Shown here in pieces: positions 52,324 through 64,000 of a stretch of 64,000 nt of DNA. The DNA lies in NCBI GenBank assembly GCA_043228905.1, contig JBHGNT010000020.1, positions 11,594,001 to 11,658,000 on the forward strand, in the 5' to 3' direction. Position numbers and translations under genes: made by a program. The DNA is from Azolla caroliniana. Its lineage: Eukaryota; Plantae; Polypodiophyta. The notes beneath the pieces were generated by a model. It was given only the letters and a program-made list of their open reading frames with translations. It searched no databases and was not told the origin of the DNA. How positions within the stretch are numbered: the stretch's first letter is position 1; the number at the start of each line of letters is the position of its first letter.

Positions 52324-52578
52324 TGTTGAGAATCAAGCTCAACCTAGTCTAGTGTGTGAACACACCCTTGAGAGTGTGCACTCAGAGGTCAAAAGTCACC
52401 ACTCTTATCTACGCATTAACTATGTGTCATAGAATCATATTCTATGACACATAACTAATGAGTTTTCACATTCCCCATGACCCATGAGCACTCTCCTCCT
52501 ACTTTGTAATTAAGTCAATTAATCTCCTTTGTAATATACATCTTCTTGAGTATTCTATTGTCTCTCTGATCTATCTTG

Positions 52579-52625
<47 letters not shown>

Positions 52626-55600
52626 CACACACGCTCACAACACATATCTCTGGTCTATTCCGCTGCACAAGAATCACCATCGATTCTTTACATGGTATCA
52701 GAGTGGTTTGGAAGCTGGATCTAGCCCATCCGCGTGTGTTGTGCTTCACGCCGACGTTCAAGAAGAACCAACTCATCGCTATCGAAGTGCAACTACATAG
52801 CTCGTATTCAAGAGAGAAGAAGAAGAAGAAAATCTACATCGAATACCATGAATACTCAAATGGGGAGCGCTCTCCCTAGCGAGAAGTTGAATCGAAACAA
52901 CTTCGCATCTTGGGAGTACAAGATGCACCAATACCTTGTCGGCCAAGGCTATTGGGGTTACATCAAGGGAGCACAAGAAAACCGACCTGACCCGGAAGAC
53001 GCCGACTACTCAAGATGGGAGCAAGCGGCGACTTGAGTAACGTATTCATTGGCGACATGTGTTCATGATCACATGCTCGGCTACATTCGAGAAGCCACGA
53101 CGCCAAAGGAAGCATGGGAGAATCTACGAAAGATTTTTGCCGCCAACACGACCGCGAGGAAGCTTCAACTCCGCCAAGAGTTGAACAACATCCAACAACG
53201 GGATATGTCCATCACGAGCTACACCTTGAAGATCAAGGAGCTTTGTGATGCACTCGGCTCGATAAGCGTCAATGGGGAGGATGATGAAATGATGCAAATA
53301 TGCCTCGACGGCCTTGCACCACAATTCGACGCGATGCGGACCGCCATACTAGCACAAGAGAATCCGCCCTCCTTCGATCTTCAATCCATGTTGTTGGTCA
53401 AAGAAAATCATGTTCGAACAAGGAGCAATGCCTCGGAAAGGCCACATGCTCTACACGCATTCGTACGAAGGAAGAGGACGCGGTCGTGCAAGAAGAGGCC
53501 AATTTGGCCAAGGGCGAGGCGAACGAGGCATGACTTACGAAAACAACTCGCAATTTCGGCATCAAGACAGAAGCCATCGAGGAACCTTCAGAAGAAGGGG
53601 GAGCTTCCATTCCGGTCCGAGCCAACAAACCTCAATCGAATGTGGTTATTCTGGAAAAAATCGGCCACCACAAAGAAGAGTGCCGAAAGAAGATGCGTGA
53701 GTCAGCTTCCACAAGCCGACAACTCACCAATTACACCACCAACTCCGACTATGATGATCATGGCGAAATGTTTGTAATGAGACATAGAGAAAATTCTATG
53801 TCGGTCTCTACTTCAACCAATGCCTCCAATCCGGAAGATGTATGGTTCGTCGACTCCGGTGCTTCGAACCATATGACGTCCCATCAAGAATGGTTCAAAG
53901 ACCTATGAGAGCCAGATCGACTCGGTTATGTCGAGACTGGAGACGACACCACTCATCTTATTCGGCATGTCGGCAATGTCCCATTCGGGAAAGAAGGTGA
54001 ACAAACTTGCATAAAAATTGTCTTACATGTACCCACCATAACGAAGAATTTGGTCTCGGTCGGCCAAATTGTGGAGCAAGGGATGCAAGTTTCGATTCAA
54101 CCAAGGAGGTTGCTTCATCGAGAAGGAAGGCCGACTAATTGTTCATGGTCGAATGGAAGGCCGAATGTTTATCCTCGAAGCAAACGAGGTAAAATTGGCC
54201 ATGTTTGCAAAGGGCCTCAAATTCAACACCGACATAGAGTTATGGCATAAAAGAATCGGCCATATCAATCTCAACAAACTCAAGGCGATGCAATCGAAAG
54301 GAGTCGTCATCGGGCTCCCGACCTTCAAAGAGAAAGAGATTGAAGGAGTATGTGAAGCATGCCAATTCGGCAAGCAACATCGGCACCCGTTCCCAAAGGA
54401 GAGGAACGTGAGCAAAGGCCTATTGGACGTAGTCCACTCGGATGTGTGGGGACCGGCACAAACCGCTATGTTCGGAGGATGTCCGTACTATGTTACCTTC
54501 ATCGATGACTTCTCTAGATACACATGGATCTTTCCCATGAGGATGAAGAGTGAAGTGTTTACACTTCCAAAATTTCAAAAACGAAGTCGAAAAGACAATT
54601 GGGCGTCATGTACGATGTCTTCGGTCAGACGGAATAAAAGAATACTTCTCTGATGCGTTCACGGCATACCTTCGACAAGCAGGAATTCGGCGAGAATTCA
54701 CTTGCCGACATACACCGCAACAAAACAGTGTAGTCGAACGCAAGAATCAGCACATCCTTGAAGTAGCAAGGGCCATGCTAAATGAGAAGCATATGCCCAA
54801 GTCATATTGGGCAGAAGTTGCAAATACCGCCGTCTACCTCATGAACCGATGCACAACATCCGGAGTGCACAAGGTCACCCCGCACGAGAAATACTATGGG
54901 AAGAAACCGGGTCTATCCCATGTAATGATATTCGGCTCCATTGCATACATACACATTCCTGATGAGAAGCGGCAGAAGCTTGACCCCAAATCAGAGAAGT
55001 GCATCCTCGTGGGGTACTCATTGGAGCAAAAGGGGTACAAGTGCTTCAACCCCTCTACTCGGAAGACTCATGTAAGTCGGGATGTCGTCTTTGACGAATC
55101 GACATCATGGTACAAACCCGAGCCGACTCTTCCCGAACCATCTACGAACGACCTCGACAACACAGAAGACAATGATAAACTAAGGTCAATACTCGAAGAG
55201 AGTCTGATCTCAACCAGATTGAGCGAACTACAAGTGCCTCCAAGCAACCAAAGCACATCTCGGCCAAGTCCAAAGATGGATAAAGTGAAGGCAAAAATGC
55301 TGGAATATGAAGACGATCACTTCGGCGGCAACGAATCGACTCATCCACTCAATAGTGAGATCGATGGCTTTGATGTGTCTCTTACAAGGTCATCCGGAGT
55401 TGAGAAAGCACTCACATCGGCAAATGAGAAACTCCGTCACTCCACCCGAGAGAAGAATCTGGTTAGCCGATTCGGCTACAACGACTATACGGCATACCAT
55501 TATGCCTTTATGATGAAGGTGGCAGCAGTTCGAGAACTAGAGAGCTTTGTCGAAGCCGCAAAAGATCCACGATGGGTTGAAGCGATGAACGAGGAGATGC

Positions 55601-56904
55601 AAGCTCTCAGCAAGAATGAGACATGGGATCTCGTCCCTCACTCACTGCACAAGAAGGCAATCGGCTGCAGATGGATATACAAAGTGAAGTATAATGTCGA
55701 TGGTTCCGTCAACTGCTACGTACAAACACATGGCGTCGACTATGAAGAGACCTTTGCCCCGGTGGCAAAGATGACAACTGTGCGAATCGTGATCGCACTT
55801 GCAGCGGCGAAAGGGTGGCACCTCCACTAGATGGACGTCAAGAACGCCTTTCTTCAAGGTGAATTAGAAGAGGAGGTGTACATGATACAACCACCTGGCT
55901 TCGAATCCAACATTCATCTGAAAGCCATATGCTGACTCAAGAAGCCCCTCTACGGCCTTAAGCAAGTACCATGTGCTTGGCACTCGAAGATAACACAATA
56001 TCTTCATCGAATCGGTTTCCAAATGTCAAAATCTGACAATTCTCTGTATGTAAGAAGCGATTCCGAAAGTCCGATCGTCATCATCCTATACGTGGATGAT
56101 CTGGTCATTGGAGGTGAGTATCTAGTCAACATCAACAAGGTCAAAGCTCTCCTTTCCAACAAATTCGAGATGACGGACATGAAAGAGCTCCACTACTTCC
56201 ATGGCATCGAGGTAATTCGGACTCAAGCCGGGATTATGATCTCCCAACGGCACTACATTCTCAACTTGTTGTACAAGTTCAGGATGATTGAGTGCAAGTA
56301 TGTGGCAACACCTTTCGACCAAAACCTCAAACTAGATGCCAATTCTGGCACCACAAAGTATGAGTCGACTCAGTATTGGCAATTGATCGGTAGTCTTATC
56401 TACCTCACGATCACTCGACCAGACCTGAGCTATCCGGTCGGCCTTCTTAGCCAGTTCATGCAAACGCCATGAGATATCCATTTGGATTATGCTAAGAGAG
56501 TGCTATGATACGTGAGTGGAACGAGGGACTATGAAATTCTCTATAAGTCGGCCATGCCAATTCAACTCAAGGGGTACACAAATGCCGATTGGGCAGCCTA
56601 CAAAGCTGACCGACGATCAACCTTTGGTTTCGTCTTCTCCCTTAGAAGTGGAGCCATCTCCTTGAGTAGCAAGAAGCAACCAACCGTCGCTCTTTCGAGC
56701 ACAGAAGCCGAATACAGGGGCACAACGGTGGCTTCATGTGAAGCCGTATTGCTTAAGAGGATATTCAAGGATCTTAGCGTTCCCATCAAAGATCCAATTC
56801 CCCTTTACTGCGATAATATGAGCAGTATTTATTTGGTTCGGAAACCTGTGTTCCATGCATGCACGAAGCATATCGAAGTGCACTATCACTTCATTCGAGA
56901 GCGT
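52324..56904 (+). mobile_element. Ty1/copia retrotransposon, mutated and 3'-truncated
   Basis: 5' LTR 52324-52692 (TG..CA); PBS TGGTATCAGAG 52693-52703; gag EKLNRNNFASW; protease WFVDSGASNHM; WHKRIGH; VHSDVWG; TPQQNSVVERKN; LYVDDL; KHIEVHYHFIRER, then cut off. Confidence 0.93.
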
Positions 56905-57701
56905 TGTCGTAGTGTAGTCCGCACACTACGTGAAAAATGTAAAAATAATATATCTTATTTAAGTACATATATATAAATAAAAGAAAATCTTAAAATATTT
57001 ATTACATGCATAGGGCGGGATTCGAACCCTATACCTCCATGTAAATAAACCAAAACTTTACCATTGTATTAACTTATCATAAGTGTTATAAATATAGATA
57101 TAATAGGTATAAGACTTTATTTATGCCTACCTTTAATAAAAGGTAAATCTATATTTATAACCGGTTTAGGGTTTGGTGTGTCCGTTGTCATGAAGATTTT
57201 CGTCCATAGGCGGAAACCGGGGTGGGAAGGGCAAGTCGGTGGTGTGCTACATGTGCACATGTAAACTAGGATATGGTGTATAGAAAGAGAGGGGAAATTT
57301 TATCCCACATTGTAAGGTCCCTCCCTCCTTGGGCTATAAAAGGAAGGGAGGGGTCACTTATGAGGGGTTGCCTATTTTGTGTGAGTAAGGTATACCACTT
57401 AGTCGAGGGTTCTCCTTCTTCCCATTTCGTTTTAGGGTTAGGGTTTTCTTCTTGGGTTTTCCTTTAGGGTTTTTCATATAGTCGTTCAGTGCGGCCATGG
57501 CGGCCACCATGGTTGTAATCATTCATTTCTTAATAGAACTTCTTGTTGAGTATCTTGATTGCATCTTCTTCTTCTTCTATCATAATGACATATTCGTTCT
57601 CTTCTCCTCTTGAGCTAATCTTTCTCCTCCACTCCCTAGTCCAAGACCCCCGTGGTCCCGCCCTTCTACACGCACGCGCGTAACAACGCGACACCGTGAC
57701 A
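56905..57701 (+). mobile_element. Solo LTR (Ty3-like, ~800 bp)
   Basis: TGTC...GACA termini; TATA-like CTATAAAAGG near 57334; flanks do not match (AGCGT / TCTAT). Confidence 0.75.
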
Positions 57702-59420
57702 TCTATCTCTTTAAATTTTGATCTTCCATTTTCTAATGAGTTCAATGTTATCCTAATAGTAGTTTATTTATATACTAAATGACACATTTCTTGTCGCGCA
57801 CTAAAGATATCACAATTGAGGACACAACAAATCTAGTTATGCGTGAAGCATTTCGTCACCCCAGTCTTCCAGACAATGTGATCAATGATCATGAACCTCA
57901 TTTTATATCTAATTTTTGGATGCATATCTTCACGATGCTCAGGGTGTCTTGCAAATTCTCCTCATAATATTGTCCCCAAACTGATGGTCAAACAAAACGC
58001 ACAGATCAGACATTGGAGCAGTATCTTCAATGTTTCATTACTTATCAATAAGATGATTGGGTTGATATATTACATTCTGCAAAATTTGCATATAATAATT
58101 CTATACATTCCTCTATTGGGGTTACACCATTTTATGCGTACACAAGTTATCATCCTCGATGGTGTTTATTCGAAGCTCCCGAATTACCAACAAATCCTAG
58201 TGCTCATGATCATTTGGATAAACTAGAACAGATTCAGGTGGAACTTTCCAATCATATACATGAAACTCAAATAACACAAAAAGACAATGCACATCGATGT
58301 TGACTTTCATCCACTTTTGAAGTTGGAGATCAAGTACGGCTATTACGACATCATATAAAGACTACCAAACCATGTGTCAAATTGGATTTCCAATGGTTAG
58401 GCCCCTTGTCATTAGTAGAAGAATCAATTATATAACCTTTCGCCTTTATCTACCTCCACAATTATTGTTACATTTAGTATTTCACAATTCTCTCTTAGAA
58501 ACATGCCAAATAAGTTCTATTCCAATTTGTATTACACCACTTTTCCCCTATTGAGCTTGAAGATGGACAAGAGTATGAAGTTGTTGTTATTCGTGATTCT
58601 AAGATTGTTCACAACAAGCTATATTATTTGGTGGGTTGGTTAGGCTATAGTCCGAGTGAGCACACTTGGGAACTGGTAGAGAATGTTGCAAATGCTTGAG
58701 CCCTTGTTGAGGAATTTCATCAATAACACCTTGACAAACGAGGTCCTCACAAAAGACGACTCATAATACTCATCGTTCAAAAAAAGGGGTAATGTCATGG
58801 TATGGTCGTATGGTCTCAAATAGGATTTGGATTGGTGACCTTATGGTAAACAGGTGGATGCCTTACCATTAAGATAAATATTATAATATATAAAATATTT
58901 TTATTTTCATTTATTATTTTATAAAGGTTTTAGATATTTTGGAACAATCTAGAATATTCATGAATATTCTACAATACTCAAGATCTTTCTAGAAACTTTA
59001 GGAACGCCCATGAAGGCCTTATAAATAGAGGCATATTGTACTATTTACAACCAAATTGGTGTCAATCTTAAGCCTCTAAGTTGTTTCTATATTTGTACTC
59101 TTTTTCTTATAATATATTTCCCGTTGATCATACAGACACACACTCTCTCTCTCTCTCATGAATCCCTCACATCCTTGTCTCTCATCCTAATAGTTATTGC
59201 ATCACTAACCAACTTGCATAATGGAGTGGAGTCATAATCAACATGCACCTTCAAATTATGGTTAATTGAATTATTACCAACCTGCAATCCTCCTTGTGGA
59301 ATTTTAATTTACAAGATCATGATGTAGTGGTGTAACGAAAGAAAGATTCTATGATGTGTGAGGATGAGTTAAATGCTAAGGAGTTGGTTAATAAGTGTTG
59401 TTGTAAAGATTGTGGTAGTG

Positions 59421-60268
59421 TGTCGCAACCACCAGGGTTCTGTGACTTGGGGATAATTGTGTGGATGGTTTGATGACAAGAAGGTGAGAAGACAAGATAG
59501 ATCTGACGTTGTCGCAAAAAGGATTTTGTTTGTAAAATATACCACTTACAATATTTGTTTGCCAAAAGCTACTTGGCAAGACTCAAACTTAACTCCTCTC
59601 TTGGAAATAAGGCTTACCAAATAAACCACTTCAACTTTTCTTTTTCCCTAATAATTTCTTTCTCTTTATATTTTATTCTACAAAACTTGTTTACTAGAAT
59701 AAGTGATTCTAGGAGGACTCAAACTCACAACCTCTATTTACAAAGAGACAATTGAGATAGAACACTTCATCTTCTTTATTTTCTTGTTATACAATTGTTT
59801 TCTGTACTATTTGTCTTGGATTCAACATGCCACCTTCTTGAGCAACCTCTGCATCCTTCACCCTCTCGAGCTTCTTCCTCGCTTTCTCTTCTTCTTCTCT
59901 TCTACTTCCTTTAGCCACCATGGGAGTGGCTTTTATAGGGGGGTCAACCGCCCAACCACCCTCTTGAGCCGGTTTTTATTACCGTTTTAATTTAGTTTAT
60001 TTATTTACAAATTCTATTTTACATTCAATAAATTACAAAATCATCCTCCTTTAATTTTGAACTTCTCCTTTTGATATAATTACAGTTTTGTCTAGAGTGA
60101 TCTTGAAGGTAACAGTGATCCTTCCAGAGGCTATGTCTTGGGCTTTTGAACTCCAATCCATGAACCGAAAAATCGTACATGCTCCTTGTCACGAAACTCC
60201 AAACGAAAAATGTCTTTCTATAGACTTTTAACATTGTTTTGATATCGTAAAGCCTCAACTTCACGACA
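59421..60268 (-). mobile_element. Solo LTR inside a decayed copia RT
   Basis: TGTCG...CGACA termini; flanks TAGTG / AAGTG; reverse TATA (cttttatagg) near 59930. Confidence 0.6.
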
Positions 60269-61150
60269 AAGTGTCAATATCCTTCATTCCAAACTCGGTG
60301 GTTAATAAAGACTTCACTTTCTTAATGGCAACTAAACATTCTCCTCCAATTACCAGGTCATCAAAATACAAGAGGATAGCATCAAAGTTGGTTCACACAT
60401 AAAGAGATTTATTTAACATAGACATGCTAGACCACACTCTTGATGCTTGATTGTTGCCACATTATTGCAACTCAAAAAAAATCATATTGCGTACTTGTGG
60501 GGTTCTAACTTCACATAGGTGGTTGTATCATGCACACCTTTTCGCCAGTCTCTTATTGGATGAAGACAAGTTCACATCCTTTGGTGGAGGGTTTAGAGTT
60601 CACACCTTCGCCATAGTGAGCACTAGATAACCATCAAGGAGTTGAATCTTTTCTTACTTAGGTTCACATGGTTGCATCTTTGCAATCAAACAATATATGT
60701 TTCCATGTTTTGTTACGAACATAATCTTAAGTAACAATTCTAATGCTAATTTTAGTAGTTTAAGTGTAGGATAAGTGGGAAGATAGTTATCCTGAATATT
60801 GGGAGAAAACCATAAGAACCCATTACATGTGGGTGGTTTAGGAGCCTTAGATGTTAGACTATATAAAATGAGTGAGCCACCCCCTTCCTTACAACATGTT
60901 AAGATGTTGTCAAGACTCTACCGGTGAGGCTAATCTCCACTATTCAATTACCATGATATAATAAAATCAATCTTTGTACATAACCCTTGACAAGACAAGG
61001 CTTTGTACCAATTCATGTTTTCATCAATTCATGTTTTACCTTGTAGAACCATTGACAATCGAACCTTGTAGAACTTTGTTGTCATAAAGAGCTTGCACCT
61101 CTTCATCCAATGCTTTCGCCCAAAGAAAAATCATTGGTTGCTTTAACTAA
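60269..61150 (-). pseudogene. Copia RT remnants
   Basis: NKSLYV..ILLYFDDLVIGGECLVAIKKVKSLL..EFGMKD (60270-60430) parallels ORF 56023-56472; WAKALDEEVQAL near 61100. Confidence 0.65.
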
Positions 61151-63351
61151 GATTTCTAACTTGGGTACAATTACTACATTCACCATAAAAGTATATTGTT
61201 GTGTGATGTAGTAGTTGTAACGTAATTATGCCGCCAATTTATTATCGTGAGTATGGTGTCACGGTTATTCTCATGCATCTAATGGGGCTTTCTTACATCT
61301 AACATTCTCATGAGCAACAAATTTTCATCGTTGAGGAACATTTTGGTGATCCCATGAGGGGCTTGTTGTCTCTTTGTGACAATTTGTATGTAACAATGTC
61401 AAAGAAGCAAAAACATGCAATGACCAAAATGACTTTAATAGTGCCGCTCCTATCATGATTTGATGACATATCATTGTTAATTATGGAATTATAGGGGGGA
61501 CATTGTTAGAATATTAACAATGTTACGCAAATTATTAGAGGAAATAAGAAAAACATGGTGCTAGACCACTTGACCACCCCCTGAGTGAAGGTGAGAGATG
61601 GATCTGAGTCTCTCGTTAACATTTTATGTCGAGTTTAGACATGGACACATATATAATTATAGGTTTGCCATCATATTCTCAAAGGCTCCACGTAATAATG
61701 AACTCTCATTTGATGAATGTAGGTAGCCTTCTTTTAAAGGCTCAAGCCATAAGCCTTCGTCGGTTTCGCACTTGACTATTTTCTTAAAAGCAGTCAAGTG
61801 ATGTAACACTCAAAAGTGATCTCCCATTGTAAGATTAAGAATAACTTAATCCTTACCTTTCATTCCTTGTGAGATAGCCCACACCTACTAACCTTAACGT
61901 TAGAGAGCTATGATGCATTATACCATAGAGTTACACTTGTAACATGAATCATGTCTCCAACTATCCTTCTGTTCATGATTTGATTGCACATGTGTACAAA
62001 AAAAGCCTTCTCGAGGAATTATAAAATAAAAGTATTCGCTCACTCATCTTGATTGGGTGTTGATTGAAGTCAAAAACTATTTCACCATAGTAGATTATGC
62101 ACATGATAAAGCAAGGGTAAGGAACATATACGCATTTAGTTGTTGGAACTGCTAAGGGAATAAACCCTTAAAAGGTTACAAGTATGTCAAGTATTGCAAC
62201 CACTAAAGGAACCAATCCACAAAATAGTTAATTGAGCCTATTGATCAACATTTTTCATGTATCTCGTTTTTTTTTTGACAAAAAGATTGTATCTCGTTTT
62301 AGATAGCACTCAATGGATTTATCCTCTTACCCCATAATAGAAGCATTACAAGTTTGCTTTGTAAGTATATAGTTAGGGAAGGGCATCAAGAAACCTAATT
62401 GGCATGCCCATGGGAGGATTGTTGTTTGGATTATTAATGGTCGGTAATGATGAATCATGTCTCCTTGTGTGTGTGTGTGAGAGAGAGAGAGAGTGAGAAA
62501 GAGAGTTTGTGCGTACTTGTATTAAGTAGGGCATGTCATATATGTGAGTTTCTTGCATGTGAAGAACTTCAAGAGGGGTTGAACGTAAATTACCATACAG
62601 GTGTAGCTGGTGTTGCTATAAGCATCATATTAATAGTATATTACTAATCAATAAACCAAATGAAAGTAAATGAAAGGTGAATAGATTGGATGGAAAAATC
62701 TGTTCCACCCAACCACCCCCAACCATGATCAAGACATAGCTAACCTACCACTGACATGCCATACCGACAAATATTAGGATGATTGTACCTTGAAAGATGT
62801 AACACGATCATCGCAACGAAAGGCTAGCCCGCATCACCGGTGCCTTAAGACGACAACCTTCTGACACAATGTGTTTGATGAGGGTAGCTAGGTCTTGTAT
62901 TATACCTCTTCCCATGCCCCTTGAATGGATGTGATTTTCTAAAAGACTCTCCATTCATTGGTTATCAAGATCACGATACCCAATCACATTAGTTCCTTTC
63001 TAATATCAATGAAGATACCCTTCAGTTATGTAAATATTAGTGCCCTACATCGCATAGTTATTCTAACCTATGACACATTTTTATTAATTGCTACCTATAG
63101 GAGGAACAATTAATCGACGTATATAAGAGAGGTGAAAAAGGGGAGAATAAATAACACAAAGACTATGATAGGGATGGATGTTCTAAACGTTGAGGATCAT
63201 TTGATTTCTTATATGTCTAAGGTATACAAGTACATTACACCTAAGTAGTGAACTGGTACGAGGATATTCCATGTGGGTGATTATTATTCAAATACCCATA
63301 TGGTTAAAATATATAAAGACAGGAAATCTCTAGGAAAATTAGAGATTTAAA

Positions 63352-63549
63352 GTGGATGTAGCTCAGTTGGTAAGGTTGCCCAATGGAGAGCAAGTGGTCT
63401 TGGGTTGAACCCCTACATTCCACAGTGGCATCTAGTGAATTAAGAGATATATATGAAGTATATAATAGAGAGGTGCGAAATTAGTATTCAGATCCCAAAC
63501 AATTCCAAATTTCATTATTAGTTAGTCATGGCAGTATTTTTCAAAAAAA
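63352..63549 (+). mobile_element. tRNA-derived SINE or pseudo-tRNA
   Basis: GTGGATGTAGCTCAGTTGGTAAGG (A box) ... GGGTTGAACCCC (B-box-like) ... ACATTCCAC complementary to the 5' end; no proper anticodon arm; A-run at 63543-63549. Confidence 0.55.
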
Positions 63550-64000
63550 GTTATTATTTACGGAAAAAGAGAGTTAAGTGGGTTGTGTTGTGTCTATTAT
63601 ACGAGACTCGAATGGATCAATGACCATGGCAACAAAAAGGTTGGGTCTCCCAACTATATGTCCTTGATAATACAACGAATACCACAGAGACAACACTTGC
63701 TAAGGGACCAAAATGGATATACATGTATGGGTAAGTTAATGAAATCAACAAGATTCAAAATAATGGATAGATAACTACAACAACGAAACACTACACAATA
63801 AGGGACGTGGCATAGCCCATTGTAGGGAACAATCTTTGGTTCTTTTAATTCTATGTCCATGTTGTTATGTTGTACACCAACCACCAAGTTAACATCAAAG
63901 AAAGAGCAAAATGGATGCAACCATTATCCCAAATTTCGATGGATTGTAACAAAGGTATTCACAAATACCAATGGCAACAATAGTTAATTCTTAAAGACAT

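Larger units (their letters stand above)
49500..59140 (+). mobile_element. Decayed Ty3/gypsy chromovirus (Tcn1-like), interrupted at 50663/57702
   Basis: RNase H DVSNFALGSILS..HDKELLDIV..DHKNLTYF..QARWAQFL; integrase GHFG..YVCTCNTC..PWS| then |[33 protein letters not shown]; chromodomain EYEVVVIRDSK..YYLVGWLGYSPSEHTWE; PPT AAAAAAAGGGGTAA; 3' LTR from 58793 (its end is approximate). Confidence 0.88.

Overview
Eukaryotic, intron-rich, TE-laden nuclear DNA, most likely from a seed-free land plant (inferred from the chloroplast ClpF adaptor, Tcn1-like chromovirus, RTEX-type LINEs and a centriole-type gene). Four host genes were reconstructed by hand from splice sites. (1) 3' part of Xaa-Pro aminopeptidase P (APP1, + strand, 1-17963); its 13.5-kb intron holds a TSD-flanked Ty1/copia with a near full-length RTEX-like LINE inside one LTR. 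(2) A large - strand gene (19775-28169) whose spliced N-terminus aligns without gaps to the N-terminal DDC8-like domain of centriolar CEP295/Ana1 as I recall it, followed by a repeat-rich low-complexity tail. (3) ClpF (- strand, 30272-37720). (4) Quiescin sulfhydryl oxidase QSOX (- strand, 40893-47637). From ~48.8 kb on it is a nested TE graveyard: a decayed chromovirus interrupted by a non-autonomous self-priming LTR element, a copia and a solo LTR. Most notable: the CEP295-like gene, tRNA-like Pol III cassettes inside several different LTRs, a SINE that shares its 3' end with a resident RTEX family, and a hairpin array in the non-autonomous element. All homology calls are from motif recognition and memory, not database searches.
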